Positions 18,615 through 28,512 of a DNA stretch of 64,000 nucleotides are shown here, piece by piece. Each line of letters opens with the position of its first letter. The stretch's first letter is position 1. The DNA lies in assembly GCA_045586685.1 (NCBI GenBank), contig JAZNAU010000020.1:22680-86679 (forward strand), written 5' to 3'. Source of the DNA: Clostridia bacterium (GTDB lineage Bacteria > Bacillota > Clostridia > HGM11514). The notes below the pieces were generated by a model. The model ran no database searches and was not told the DNA's origin. It worked only from the letters and a program-made list of their open reading frames with translations. The position numbers and the translations under genes are program-made.

Positions 18615-18824
18615 TCATTCTTCTATATCACTGAAAATTTGTTTCATATAATTTTGTTGCTTTGCTTTTGGAAGAATTGCTATTCCTCTCTCTACTTCCC
18701 CAAGAACTAAAATCTCATCTCCCGGATACAGTTCAAACAGTTCCCTTGCTTCTTTTGGAATAACAAACTGTCCCTTTTCACCGATTTTGACCATCCATGC
18801 ATATTTATCTTCGTGTATATTCAT
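18615..18824 (-). CDS. AbrB/MazE/SpoVT-type swapped-hairpin DNA-binding domain protein (69 aa)
   Basis: Motif KIGEKGQFVIPKEAREL typical of AbrB/MazE fold; start set at MNIHEDK (ATG 18824; RBS AAGGAAG 8 nt upstream; the track M is a GTG); 16-nt gap to MGT gene suggests co-transcription. Confidence 0.6.
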   Translation of the reverse strand: MNIHEDKYAWMVKIGEKGQFVIPKEARELFELYPGDEILVLGEVERGIAILPKAKQQNYMKQIFSDIEE

Positions 18825-18971
18825 ATCTGACACTTCCTTGTATAATTGGTATGAATAATCATACCATAGTTTTATGTGATTGTCAATAGAATGAAAAAAT
18901 TTACTATGAAATATTCTATTACAGTTTGTACCGCTAATATGTTCGCATTAAAATTGATCCTTTTTTCTTTG

Positions 18972-19020
18972 TGTAACAAAAAAGGAGCTGCAGCAAAATA
19001 ATTTTGCCGTAGCTCCTTTT
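18972..19020. terminator. Terminator hairpin downstream of rdgB (minus strand)
   Basis: ggagctgcagcaaaat-aattttgccgtagctcc long stem with flanking A/T tracts. Confidence 0.5.
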
Positions 19021-19043
19021 ATTATAGAATTAGAAAAGCTCCA

Positions 19044-19616
19044 TTATCGCAGTTTTTCCTTTAAAGCACGAATTGCTCTGCCTCTGTGACTAATGCTGTT
19101 TTTCTCCTCCCCTGTCAGCTGTCCAAAGGTTTTATCAAACTCCTTTACATGAAACACAGGGTCATATCCAAATCCACCGTCTCCCAAGGGTTTATAAAGG
19201 ATTTCTCCTTCACATTCACCAAGGGCTGTCACAATCTTTCCTTGGGGAGTACAAAGGGCAACCACAGAAACAAATTTTGCCTTTCTGTCTTCTTTGTCCT
19301 TCATTTCCTCCAACAGCTTTTCAATCCGCTGCCTATCTGTTGCATCATCCCCGGCATAGCGAGCCGAGTAAACTCCAGGTGCCCCCTGCAGGGCATCCAC
19401 GCAAAGACCGGAATCATCTGCAATGGCGGTCATTCCTGTTAGTTTTGCAATTTCAGAGGCTTTTTTTATGGCATTTTCCTCAAAGGTGGTGCCATCCTCC
19501 TCCACCTCAATCTCTAAAGAAACATCCTTTAAAGAAAGAATCGTATCCTCTGCAAAAATTTCACAGAATTCTTTCAGTTTTCCTTCATTATTACTCGCAA
19601 GCAGATAGGTGCTCAT
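19044..19616 (-). CDS. rdgB: Non-canonical purine NTP pyrophosphatase (RdgB/HAM1, dITP/XTP diphosphatase)
   Basis: 190 aa; Ham1 family motifs (SNNEGKLKEF, GFGYDPVF, SHRGRA). Confidence 0.85.
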   Translation of the reverse strand: MSTYLLASNNEGKLKEFCEIFAEDTILSLKDVSLEIEVEEDGTTFEENAIKKASEIAKLTGMTAIADDSGLCVDALQGAPGVYSARYAGDDATDRQRIEKLLEEMKDKEDRKAKFVSVVALCTPQGKIVTALGECEGEILYKPLGDGGFGYDPVFHVKEFDKTFGQLTGEEKNSISHRGRAIRALKEKLR

Positions 19617-19628
19617 TGAATCACCGCC

Positions 19629-22600
19629 TTAAATCTTGGTAATATCTACAATATGCTCTTCATAGTTTTCGGTATAATCCATGCTGATGAGTAACGCTTC
19701 TGCCGTATCCAAAGAGGTCAGGCAAGGCACAGAGGCTTCTACCGAACAACGCCGAATACGGAAGCCGTCTCTTTCGTTGTCACTGCCTTTAGAAGGAGTG
19801 TTAATGACCAGATTGACCTCACCGGAGCGAAGTAAATCGGTAATGTTAGGAGACCCTTCCGAAATGGTATTCACATGTTTTGCTGCAATACCATGGTCAT
19901 TTAAGAATTTACAGGTTCCCTTTGTTGCATACACCTCGTAATTCCGTTCCACAAACTTTTTGATAACAGGCAATGCTTCTTCCTTGTCCTCATCACGAAT
20001 GGTAGCAACCATTTTGCCCCCCTTCTCTACCTTTGTGCCCGTTGCAATAAAGGCTTTCAAAAGTGCGTGAGGGAAGGATTTTGAAATTCCCAGAACTTCT
20101 CCTGTTGACTTCATTTCAGGTCCTAAACTAATGTCTACATCATGAAGCTTTTCAAAAGAAAATACAGGCATTTTTACAGCCACATAGTCGCTTTCCGGAT
20201 ACAATACATCCGTATAGCCCATATCCGGCAATTTCTCACCCAGTAATGCTCTTGTTGCAACATCAATCATAGGAACATTTGTTACCTTACTAATATAAGG
20301 AACCGTACGGCTGGAACGGGGATTTACCTCGATGACATACACCGTTTCATCCGATACAATAAACTGAATGTTAATCATACCCACAACATGCAGTGCTCTT
20401 GCCAGACGGCAGGAGTAGTCCACAATCACATCTTTTGCATGCTGGCTCATGGTTTGAGGCGGATAAACAGAAATACTGTCACCAGAGTGAACACCTGACC
20501 GTTCCAAATGTTGCATAATACCGGGAATCAGTACATTTTCGCCGTCGCAGATGGCATCCACTTCTGCCTCTGTTCCCATGACATACTTATCCACCAGAAT
20601 GGGATGTTCCTGAGTCACACGGTTAATAATATTCATATAATTGGTAATTTCCTGATCAGACAGAGCAATTTCCATACCCTGACCGCCCAATACATAGGAA
20701 GGACGAACCAGAACAGGGTAGCCAAGCTCGTTAGCAGCCGCAATAGCTTCTTCACAAGTAAAGACAGTTTTTCCCTTAGGACGGGCAATTCCGCATTCTT
20801 CTAAGATGTTATCAAATGCTTCTCTGTCCTCTGCGTTGTTCACATCTCTTGCATCGGTCCCCAAGATTTTCACGCCCATATCTTCCAATGCTTGAGTCAG
20901 CTTAATTGCGGTCTGACCGCCAAATTGAACAATCGCACCCTCAGGCTGTTCCAAATCCACAATGTTTTCTACATCTTCAGCGGTCAGCGGTTCAAAATAC
21001 AGCTTGTCCGCAATATCAAAGTCGGTAGAAACCGTTTCTGGATTGTTGTTAATAATAATGGTTTCGTATCCGCATTTTGACAATGCCCAAACACTGTGAA
21101 CGGAACAATAGTCAAACTCAATCCCCTGACCGATACGAATAGGGCCTGACCCCAAAACAAGCACCTTCTTCTTATTAGAAGGAACTGATTCATTTTCAGT
21201 ATCGTAAGAAGAATAGTAATAAGGTGTTTCCGCCTGAAACTCTGCCGCACAGGTATCCACCAGCTTATAAGTGGGTAAAATGCCCCAATCAAGCCGTTTT
21301 TGACGAATTTCTCCGGGTAGCAATCCTGCATATTCTCCAATTAGTTTATCGGTATATCCCGTTTGCTTTGCTTTTCGCAAAAGCTCAGGGGTCATCAATT
21401 CTGATTTTAAAGCATCTTCCATTTGCACCAGCATACGGAATTGATTTAAGAACCACTTATCCATTTTGGTAACTTCGTTGATTTCCTCAATGGAAATTCC
21501 TTTGCGAAGTGCTTCTGCAATTACGAAAATTCTTTCGTCATCAACCTTTTTCAACGCTTCTCTTAACTGTTCAACCGTATAGTCTGCTATCTTGGGAAGA
21601 TACAGACTGTCCAAATGCTGTTCCAGAGAACGGATTGCCTTCATCAATGCGCCTGTAAAGGTAGGACTGATGGACATAACCTCCCCTGTTGCCTTCATCT
21701 GTGTACCCAAAGTACGTTCTGCATGAACAAATTTATCAAAGGGCCACTTAGGAATCTTCACAACCACATAGTCAATAGTAGGCTCAAAAGATGCATAAGT
21801 GGTTTTGGTTACTGCATTTTTAATTTCGTCCAGACCGTAGCCCAATGCAATTTTAGATGCAACCTTTGCGATTGGGTATCCCGTTGCCTTAGACGCCAGT
21901 GCAGAAGAACGGCTCAAACGGGGATTTACTTCGATTACCGCATATTCAAAGCTGTCAGGCTTTAATGCAAACTGAACATTACATCCGCCCTCAATTCCTA
22001 ATGCAGAAATAATTTTCAAGGCAGAAGAACGGAGCATCTGAAATTCCTTGTTTTCCAAAGTCTGACAAGGAGCAACAACAATACTGTCCCCTGTATGAAC
22101 CCCAACTGGGTCTACATTTTCCATACTGCAAATGGTAATACAACTACCCTTTGCATCCCGCATAACTTCAAATTCAATTTCCTTCCAGCCGGAAATACAT
22201 TTTTCAATCAATACCTGTCCCACACGGCTGAGTCTCAAGCCGTTGGGAGCAATTTCCGAAAGCTCATATTCATTATTGGCAATACCGCCTCCCGTTCCCC
22301 CCAAGGTGTAAGCAGGACGGACAATCACAGGAAACCCAATTTCATTGGAAAAGGCAAGAGCATCTTCATAATTATCCACAACCTTGCTTGCAATACAAGG
22401 CTCATTGATGGATTCCATAGTATCTTTAAACGCCTGACGGTCCTCCGCCATTTTAATACTTTTTGCTGAAGTGCCAAGCATGGTAACACCATGCTCCTGT
22501 AAAAAACCTTCCTCAGCCAGCTCCATTGCCAAATTCAAGCCCGTCTGACCTCCAAGAGTAGGCAAAATGCTGTCCGGCTTTTCTTCTAAAATAACTTTCT

Positions 22601-22823
22601 TTAATACAGGAATAGTCAAAGGTTCGATATACACTCTGTCCGCAATATCTTTATCTGTCATAATGGTTGCGGGATTCGAATTGATCAACACAACCTCCAG
22701 TCCTTCTTCTTTCAGGGAACGGCAGGCCTGTGTTCCTGCATAGTCAAACTCTGCTGCCTGACCGATAATAATAGGACCTGAGCCAATCATCAATACTTTC
22801 TTAATTTCAGGATTTTTAGGCAT
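19629..22823 (-). CDS. carB: Carbamoyl-phosphate synthase large subunit
   Basis: 1064 aa; duplicated ATP-grasp halves, C-terminal MGS-like domain; unmistakable CarB sequence. Confidence 0.95.
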   Translation of the reverse strand: MPKNPEIKKVLMIGSGPIIIGQAAEFDYAGTQACRSLKEEGLEVVLINSNPATIMTDKDIADRVYIEPLTIPVLKKVILEEKPDSILPTLGGQTGLNLAMELAEEGFLQEHGVTMLGTSAKSIKMAEDRQAFKDTMESINEPCIASKVVDNYEDALAFSNEIGFPVIVRPAYTLGGTGGGIANNEYELSEIAPNGLRLSRVGQVLIEKCISGWKEIEFEVMRDAKGSCITICSMENVDPVGVHTGDSIVVAPCQTLENKEFQMLRSSALKIISALGIEGGCNVQFALKPDSFEYAVIEVNPRLSRSSALASKATGYPIAKVASKIALGYGLDEIKNAVTKTTYASFEPTIDYVVVKIPKWPFDKFVHAERTLGTQMKATGEVMSISPTFTGALMKAIRSLEQHLDSLYLPKIADYTVEQLREALKKVDDERIFVIAEALRKGISIEEINEVTKMDKWFLNQFRMLVQMEDALKSELMTPELLRKAKQTGYTDKLIGEYAGLLPGEIRQKRLDWGILPTYKLVDTCAAEFQAETPYYYSSYDTENESVPSNKKKVLVLGSGPIRIGQGIEFDYCSVHSVWALSKCGYETIIINNNPETVSTDFDIADKLYFEPLTAEDVENIVDLEQPEGAIVQFGGQTAIKLTQALEDMGVKILGTDARDVNNAEDREAFDNILEECGIARPKGKTVFTCEEAIAAANELGYPVLVRPSYVLGGQGMEIALSDQEITNYMNIINRVTQEHPILVDKYVMGTEAEVDAICDGENVLIPGIMQHLERSGVHSGDSISVYPPQTMSQHAKDVIVDYSCRLARALHVVGMINIQFIVSDETVYVIEVNPRSSRTVPYISKVTNVPMIDVATRALLGEKLPDMGYTDVLYPESDYVAVKMPVFSFEKLHDVDISLGPEMKSTGEVLGISKSFPHALLKAFIATGTKVEKGGKMVATIRDEDKEEALPVIKKFVERNYEVYATKGTCKFLNDHGIAAKHVNTISEGSPNITDLLRSGEVNLVINTPSKGSDNERDGFRIRRCSVEASVPCLTSLDTAEALLISMDYTENYEEHIVDITKI

Positions 22824-23946
22824 TGTAAGTTCCCTCCTTTATCATAGTAAGAAATGAGTCAAACACAAATCCGGTATCGGTAGGACCATCGCTGGCAACC
22901 GGATGGAACTGAACACCGGAAACCAATGTATTAGGGTAAGAAATCCCTTCGCAACTGTTATCGTTTACGTTTACATGGGTCAGCTTTGCAATTCCTTTCG
23001 AAAAGCTGTCCATATCCACTTCGTAAGTATGATTCTGAGAGGTAATATACACTCTGTCCTGAGATAAATCTCTCACAGGATTACTGGAACCGTGATGGCC
23101 ATATTTCATCTTTTTTGTATCACCGCCCATTGCCAAAGCAATGAGCTGGTGCCCCAAACCAATGCCGAATACAGGAAGTCCGGATTTACAAAGTTCCTTT
23201 ACACAATCAATCAGCTTGTTACATTCTTTCGGATTTCCGGGACCGTTTGTAATAAAAATTCCCTTGGGGGCTGATGCCAGTATGGTTTTTGCAGAGGTGT
23301 CGTAAGGATAAAAATCCAAAACAAACCCCTGATTCTTCAGCATTTTTGCCATGCTTTTTTTCAGTCCTAAATCAAGGATAGCAATCTTTTCACCGGAAAC
23401 TGAAGACCGCATTTGCTCCTGCACACCCGTCTTTGCAACCACACCTTTTACAGAGTACGCCTTTGCTTTTGAAATGCATTCTTCCAAATCAAAGTCTTCA
23501 TTACAGGTTAACACCGCGTTCATAACCCCCTGCTCTCGAAGGATACGGGTCAACATTCTGGTATCAATTCCTTCGATACCCGGAATGTCCCATTCCTTCA
23601 GAAGACTTTCCAAGTCCCCTTTTGCACGGAAGTTGCTGGGGAAACGGGACAGTTCTTTTACAATCAGTGCTTCCACCCACAATTTATCAGATTCCCAATC
23701 CTCTTTATTCACACCACAGTTTCCAATCAATGGATAGGTCATCAACAACCCTTGTCCCGCATAAGAGGGATCGGTCAGTGTCTCCAAATATCCCACCATT
23801 GAGGTATTGAACACAATCTCACATACCGCATCCCGAGTGGAGCCAAAGCTTTGTCCTTCAAACACTTGCCCATTTTCCAAAATCAAAAATGCTTTCAAAC
23901 TGTTCACTCCCATCACTATTTTTTCGTCTTTTTCATTGGTATTCAT
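22816..23946 (-). CDS. carA: Carbamoyl-phosphate synthase small (glutaminase) subunit
   Basis: 376 aa; class-I glutamine amidotransferase catalytic region GIGLGHQL; 8-nt overlap with carB. Confidence 0.95.
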   Translation of the reverse strand: MNTNEKDEKIVMGVNSLKAFLILENGQVFEGQSFGSTRDAVCEIVFNTSMVGYLETLTDPSYAGQGLLMTYPLIGNCGVNKEDWESDKLWVEALIVKELSRFPSNFRAKGDLESLLKEWDIPGIEGIDTRMLTRILREQGVMNAVLTCNEDFDLEECISKAKAYSVKGVVAKTGVQEQMRSSVSGEKIAILDLGLKKSMAKMLKNQGFVLDFYPYDTSAKTILASAPKGIFITNGPGNPKECNKLIDCVKELCKSGLPVFGIGLGHQLIALAMGGDTKKMKYGHHGSSNPVRDLSQDRVYITSQNHTYEVDMDSFSKGIAKLTHVNVNDNSCEGISYPNTLVSGVQFHPVASDGPTDTGFVFDSFLTMIKEGTYNA

Positions 23947-23973
23947 AATTTGACGAATATTCTGTTTTAAAAA

Positions 23974-24010
23974 AATGAATTTTTATTAGTTTTTATGAAT
24001 AAATATTAGT
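23974..24010. promoter_or_regulatory. Two tandem ARG-box-like operators (aATGAATttttATTAGt / tATGAATaaatATTAGt) upstream of carA, putative ArgR/AhrC site
   Basis: 20-bp periodic pair at 23974-23990 and 23994-24010 resembling TNTGAATWWWWATTCANW consensus (one mismatch in right half-site each); 28-64 nt upstream of carA start. Confidence 0.4.
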
Positions 24011-24134
24011 TTTTGACCAAAAAAAATTCTGAAAAACGAATTTTTTTACATATCTATTCATATTCTGTTTGCTGTAAAAAGCCATTTTTTCTATTTTAAC
24101 TCATTTCCGCAAAAAAATCAAGTGTTTTTAAAAA

Positions 24135-24170
24135 ATAAAAAGGCGGTTTTTGACCGCCTTTTTCGCATTT
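24135..24170. terminator. Bidirectional rho-independent terminator (aaaaggcggt-ttttg-accgcctttt)
   Basis: Perfect 10-bp stem flanked by A-run and T-run; downstream of glycosyltransferase gene. Confidence 0.6.
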
Positions 24171-24211
24171 TTTTGGTAAATTTGTAAAATTCTCAGAAAA
24201 ACTCCGCATTT

Positions 24212-25321
24212 TTATGGTTTCAAATTGAGAATAAACTCGGCGAAATCTGATGCAGCATTGGGTTTCCCCAGATAACCAATCAGAGACTCTGTCTGATTTC
24301 TTCTTCGGGTGTTTGCCATTGCCTGATACACCGCTTCATCCAAAGGAACGGTCTTAGTTACACGAAGTGCTGCACCGTTGTTTACTAAAAATTCACTGTT
24401 TCTGTCCTCTTGACCTGGAATGGGATTGATGAGAACCATAAAAAGACCCTTTGCCAGAGCCTCCGAGGAGGTCAGCCCCCCCGGCTTTGTTACAATACAA
24501 TCTGCCGCATCCATCATTTCGGGAACATTATTTACATATCCGAAATTATAGAGCTTTTTTCTTGTGGTCATACGGTCGATTTTCCGTTTGGCTCTGATGT
24601 TGTTACCGCATACGCAAAGAACCTGAAAATCCAGAGGAACACTGTCAATTTTCTCAATCAGACCTGCTAAATTACCATATCCCATGCTACCGCTCATCAC
24701 CAAAACGGTATCCTTATTTGCAATTCCAAGCTGCCGTCTTGCCTCTGACTTGTCCAGTTTTTTGGCAAACTGTTCTCCCACAGGAATTCCGATTGGCACC
24801 GCCTTTTCAACAGGCACTCCTCGCTTTTCCAGTTGTAAATTCATTAAATGAGAAGGAGTAACGTAATAATCAATCTCTGTATCCTCCCAGAAAGGATGCA
24901 AGGTAAAATCTGTGACAATTCCCACCACCTTAACCCCTTTTAAATACCCTTTTCTTTGCAACACCGTTACCAGATGGGCAGACAGCACATGGGTGCACAC
25001 TATTACATTGGGCTTATATTCATCCAAAAAATCCGTCAGCTTACGGGAAAGAATAACATTGAATAATTTACCTAAAGAAAAAGGACTGGTAAAGCTGTAA
25101 TTTTTTTCTGCCCAACGATACATTCTCCCATACTCTTTCGGAGAAATTTTAGTAGAAATCAAGTATCCTTTTGAAAGAGAATCGCTGTATGTAGGGCTGA
25201 TATATTCATAAACATCCAGCGTGTCACAAGTAACACCCTTCTTGTTAAGAGCCTCCACTGTTGCCTTCGCCGCTTGATGATGCCCCTGGCCTGTAGAAAC
25301 GGACATGAGTAAAACTTTCAT
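24212..25321 (-). CDS. MGDG-synthase/UgtP-like diacylglycerol glycosyltransferase (GT28 family)
   Basis: N-term MKVLLMSVSTGQGHHQAAKA typical of processive diacylglycerol glucosyltransferase/MGDG synthase; start set at MKVLL (ATG 25321) with RBS GGAGG 7 nt upstream. Confidence 0.75.
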   Translation of the reverse strand: MKVLLMSVSTGQGHHQAAKATVEALNKKGVTCDTLDVYEYISPTYSDSLSKGYLISTKISPKEYGRMYRWAEKNYSFTSPFSLGKLFNVILSRKLTDFLDEYKPNVIVCTHVLSAHLVTVLQRKGYLKGVKVVGIVTDFTLHPFWEDTEIDYYVTPSHLMNLQLEKRGVPVEKAVPIGIPVGEQFAKKLDKSEARRQLGIANKDTVLVMSGSMGYGNLAGLIEKIDSVPLDFQVLCVCGNNIRAKRKIDRMTTRKKLYNFGYVNNVPEMMDAADCIVTKPGGLTSSEALAKGLFMVLINPIPGQEDRNSEFLVNNGAALRVTKTVPLDEAVYQAMANTRRRNQTESLIGYLGKPNAASDFAEFILNLKP

Positions 25322-25397
25322 CAAAACTCCTCCCTTTCCGTAATTCCTGTTATATTTATTATACCTTAGTTTTTCCAAAAATACAAGTCCCGTCTGC

Positions 25398-25424
25398 ACA
25401 TTTTTTCCTAACTTTCATAGTATA
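25398..25424 (+). promoter_or_regulatory. Possible sigma-K-type sporulation promoter (AC-16-CATAGTATA)
   Basis: Matches AC-N16/17-CATAnnnTA pattern about 35 nt upstream of first YjcZ-like ORF. Confidence 0.3.
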
Positions 25425-25458
25425 ACAGTGAAGGTAAGCCGAAGGGAGGTGACTACAC

Positions 25459-25560
25459 ATGAATGGAAGCTGCGGTATCTTTGGCGAGAACAGCGAAATC
25501 CTGTTTTTCATCCTTGTATTCCTTTTGATTTTCTGCTGCGGTTGTGGCTGTAACAACTAA
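25459..25560 (+). CDS. YjcZ-like Cys/Gly-rich sporulation micropeptide, 33 aa (MNGSCGIFGENSEILFFILVFLLIFCCGCGCNN)
   Basis: RBS GAAGGGAGG 8 nt upstream; hydrophobic core flanked by Cys/Gly-rich termini; first of three tandem paralogues; absent from ORF track (<60 aa). Confidence 0.55.
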   Translation: MNGSCGIFGENSEILFFILVFLLIFCCGCGCNN

Positions 25561-25600
25561 AGTATGTTCATGTAATCTGAAGAAAGAGAGGTGATAAATA

Positions 25601-25723
25601 ATGGGATTCTTAGGCCGTATGGGAAATAACGGTTGCGGAAACAATGACACTGTACTGTGGTTCATCATTTTGTTCCTGCTTCTGTTCTGGTGCAACAATA
25701 ACGACTGTTGCTGCGAAAACTAA
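25601..25723 (+). CDS. YjcZ-like Cys/Gly-rich sporulation micropeptide, 40 aa (MGFLGRMGNNGCGNNDTVLWFIILFLLLFWCNNNDCCCEN)
   Basis: RBS AGAGAGGTG upstream; same architecture as neighbours. Confidence 0.55.
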   Translation: MGFLGRMGNNGCGNNDTVLWFIILFLLLFWCNNNDCCCEN

Positions 25724-25746
25724 TTAAAAATAACGGAGGGAAAATC

Positions 25747-25884
25747 ATGTCAGAAATCAGTACAAACAACTGCGGATGCGGTTTAGACTTTGGTCAAAAC
25801 AGCTGGATCTGGATTATTATTGCAATTATTGTCATCTGCTGTCTGTGCGGCGACGGCTTTGGTAACAGCCGTGGTTGTTGCTAA
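25747..25884 (+). CDS. YjcZ-like Cys/Gly-rich sporulation micropeptide, 45 aa (MSEISTNNCGCGLDFGQNSWIWIIIAIIVICCLCGDGFGNSRGCC)
   Basis: RBS ACGGAGGG 7 nt upstream; same architecture; followed by terminator. Confidence 0.55.
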   Translation: MSEISTNNCGCGLDFGQNSWIWIIIAIIVICCLCGDGFGNSRGCC

Positions 25885-25899
25885 CATAATCATAACAAG

Positions 25900-25927
25900 G
25901 AGTGCGGTTTTCCGCACTCTTTTTTTA
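25900..25927 (+). terminator. Rho-independent terminator (gagtgcgg-tttt-ccgcactc + T7)
   Basis: Perfect 8-bp GC-rich stem and TTTTTTT. Confidence 0.7.
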
Positions 25928-25982
25928 AGTATAAAACCACTCCACCCTTCATAAGATAGGAACAAAAGAAAGGAGTGGTTTT

Positions 25983-26453
25983 ATGCAAAAAATACATTGG
26001 AAATCTCTGCTATGGAATCTGGCACTGCCCTTATTGACAGGCGGGTTGGCTGCATGGGTCACGGCAGGCTCTATGAGTCAATTTGTATCTCTCAATCAAC
26101 CGCCACTGTCCCCGCCTGGTTGGCTATTCCCTATCGTCTGGACCATTTTATATACATTGATGGGGATTTCCTCTTATCTTGTCAGTCAGACCGACAGTCC
26201 TTATAAAGAAAGTGCCCTAAGAGTATACGGGATTCAGTTGGGGGTAAACTTTTTTTGGCCAATTTTATTTTTCAGACTTGAAGCATATCTCGCTGCATTT
26301 TTCTGGTTGCTGCTTCTTTGGGTGCTGATTATTGTGATGATTGTTTTATTTTATAAAGTCAAACCTCTTGCAGGTTTTTTGCAGATCCCCTATTTTCTTT
26401 GGGTAACCTTTGCCGCATATCTTAATCTTGCCATTTATTTTTTAAACAGATAA
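25983..26453 (+). CDS. tspO: TspO/MBR family tryptophan-rich sensory protein
   Basis: 156 aa, five TM helices, Trp-rich (WNLALPLL..., PPLSPPGWLFPIVWTILY, WPILFF) characteristic of TspO. Confidence 0.85.
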   Translation: MQKIHWKSLLWNLALPLLTGGLAAWVTAGSMSQFVSLNQPPLSPPGWLFPIVWTILYTLMGISSYLVSQTDSPYKESALRVYGIQLGVNFFWPILFFRLEAYLAAFFWLLLLWVLIIVMIVLFYKVKPLAGFLQIPYFLWVTFAAYLNLAIYFLNR

Positions 26454-26462
26454 CATTTACAA

Positions 26463-26497
26463 AGGGGCTGTAGCACATTTGCTACAGCCCCTCTTAT
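26463..26497. terminator. Bidirectional terminator between tspO and rnfB (aggggctgtagc-acattt-gctacagcccct)
   Basis: 12-bp perfect stem, T-run downstream. Confidence 0.65.
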
Positions 26498-27280
26498 TTA
26501 AAACAATTCAATCACTTTAACAGGACATTTTTCCATACAGGTTCCGCATCTGGTACATTTGGTATGGTCTATCACAGGAAGATTTTGTTCCATGCTAATG
26601 GCTTCTTCCGGACAGTTTTTCCCGCACAAGCCACAACCGATACAACCTACTTTGCAAACCTGTTTCACCGCCAACCCTTTTTCATGAGAAGAACAGCCAA
26701 CCCGAACCGCAGAAACAGGCTGTAATGAAATCAGCTGATTGGGACAAACCTTTACACACTGACCGCAACCTGTACAAAGTGTTTCATCCACAACTGCAAT
26801 CCCATTCTCACAGGATAATGCACCAAACACGCAGGCAGAAACACAACTTCCCAATCCCATACATCCTGTCTTACAAGCCTTTCCGCCGTTTTGTTGAACG
26901 GATTTTGCTGCAATACAATCTCCGGCTCCAAAATAAGTTCCTACCTGTTCTGCTATTCCACAGCTCCCCTTACAGGCTACATAAGCGACTTTTCGTTCCG
27001 ACTCCTCTGCCTTCACACCACAGAGAGCACCAATTTTCTCCGTGTTGGTACACATGGGACAGGCATTCACAGGAGCATCCCCCTTTGCGATTGCTTCTGC
27101 CAGTGCATCACAGCCTGCATATCCGCAGCCACCGCAGTTATTTCCGGGAAGAAGTTCCCGAATCTGTTCCGCTTTTTCGTTGGGTTCTACATAAAATTGA
27201 TCCCCTGCAAAATTTAAGATAAGAGCAATGGCAATTCCAATCGCTCCAATCACAAGGGCAGATAATACGATCACATTCAT
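26498..27280 (-). CDS. rnfB: Rnf complex subunit B (polyferredoxin)
   Basis: 260 aa; N-terminal TM + CGGCGYAGC cluster and multiple CxxCxxCxxxCP 4Fe-4S motifs; last gene of rnf operon. Confidence 0.85.
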   Translation of the reverse strand: MNVIVLSALVIGAIGIAIALILNFAGDQFYVEPNEKAEQIRELLPGNNCGGCGYAGCDALAEAIAKGDAPVNACPMCTNTEKIGALCGVKAEESERKVAYVACKGSCGIAEQVGTYFGAGDCIAAKSVQQNGGKACKTGCMGLGSCVSACVFGALSCENGIAVVDETLCTGCGQCVKVCPNQLISLQPVSAVRVGCSSHEKGLAVKQVCKVGCIGCGLCGKNCPEEAISMEQNLPVIDHTKCTRCGTCMEKCPVKVIELF

Positions 27281-27292
27281 TCTTTACACCTC

Positions 27293-27874
27293 CTATAGCA
27301 TTCCGGCAAAACCGTAAAAGGCGATTGCCATAAGACCGGATGCCGCCAGCGTAATAGGAGTTCCTTGAAAGGACTTGGGAATATTGTGATGGGTCATCCC
27401 TTCCCGAATCCCTGCCAATATCACAATCGCTACTGTAAATCCCACCGAAACACCCACTCCATTTACTACACTTTCTACAAAACCGTATCCGCTTTGCACA
27501 TTGGTAAGGGCAACCCCAAGCACTGCACAGTTGGTGGTAATTAAAGGAAGATAAACTCCTAAGGAACGATACAATGCAGGCATTGTCTTTTTCAACACCA
27601 TCTCCACAAACTGAACTAAAGCTGCAATCACTAAAATAAATGCAATGGTTTGTAAATATTCCAATCCGCCTTTTAATACAAACTGATAAATCAAACTTGT
27701 ACAAGCACTGGCAACGGTAATAACAAAAACAACTGCCGCACCCATTCCTGCCGCTGTTTTCACCTGTTTGGAAACACCTAAGAAAGGACAAAGTCCTAAA
27801 AACTGGCTTAATACAACATTATTCACAAATGCAGACGCCACTAAAATCAATGCCAATGTTTTCATTCCTCGCAT
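27293..27874 (-). CDS. rnfA: Rnf complex subunit A
   Basis: 193 aa polytopic membrane protein, RnfA/NqrE-like sequence. Confidence 0.9.
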   Translation of the reverse strand: MRGMKTLALILVASAFVNNVVLSQFLGLCPFLGVSKQVKTAAGMGAAVVFVITVASACTSLIYQFVLKGGLEYLQTIAFILVIAALVQFVEMVLKKTMPALYRSLGVYLPLITTNCAVLGVALTNVQSGYGFVESVVNGVGVSVGFTVAIVILAGIREGMTHHNIPKSFQGTPITLAASGLMAIAFYGFAGML

Positions 27875-28512
27875 CCTCCCTTACAAGCACTGCATCGACC
27901 GCAGTTTTTCTCTTTTTTCTTTCCCGTTTTATTACGGATTTTGTTCTGTAAAGCTGTCAACCAACTCAACACAAAGAAAGCACCCGGTGCTAAAATCATA
28001 ATCGTAATCGGCTGAAAACTGTCCGGAAGAACTGAAATCCCGAACACCTGCCCCGCTCCCAACAACTCACGAACTGTTCCGATGCAAGTCAGTCCAACGG
28101 TAAATCCAAGTCCCATCCCGATGCCGTCAAACAAAGAAGGCAGTACAGGATATTTGGATGCAAAGGATTCTGCACGTCCTAAAATAATACAATTCACCAC
28201 AATCAATGGAATATAAATACCCAAGGATTTATAAAGAGAAGGAACAAAGCCTTCCAAAATCAGTTGTACCATGGTAACCAGAGAAGCTACAATGACGATA
28301 TAGGCAGGAATCCGCACCCGATCGGGAATTACTTTGCGAAGAAGAGAAATCACCGTATTGGACAGCATCAATACTGCCGTTGTAGTCAACCCCATACCGA
28401 GTCCGTTGATTGCACAAGTAGTAACTGCCAGTGTGGGACACATTCCGAGCATTTGAACAAAGGTTGGATTTTCTTTTATCAATCCGTTAAAAAGTGCTTT
28501 TTTACAGTTCAT
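27862..28512 (-). CDS. rnfE: Rnf complex subunit E
   Basis: 216 aa RnfE/NqrD-like membrane protein; overlaps rnfA by 13 nt. Confidence 0.9.
   Translation of the reverse strand: MNCKKALFNGLIKENPTFVQMLGMCPTLAVTTCAINGLGMGLTTTAVLMLSNTVISLLRKVIPDRVRIPAYIVIVASLVTMVQLILEGFVPSLYKSLGIYIPLIVVNCIILGRAESFASKYPVLPSLFDGIGMGLGFTVGLTCIGTVRELLGAGQVFGISVLPDSFQPITIMILAPGAFFVLSWLTALQNKIRNKTGKKKEKNCGRCSACKGGCEE

Noticed and set aside
19629-23946. Multiple 60-130-aa ORFs inside and antisense to carB/carA (e.g. 20508..20804, 21615..21965, 23351..23737)
   Set aside because: They are nested in or opposite to highly conserved carAB coding sequence and have no RBS.
25453-25965. Minus-strand ORFs 25453..25698 (81 aa) and 25783..25965 (60 aa) overlapping the micropeptide array
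   Set aside because: They have no RBS and a low-complexity translation. They lie antisense to three well-signalled plus-strand genes and span an intrinsic terminator.
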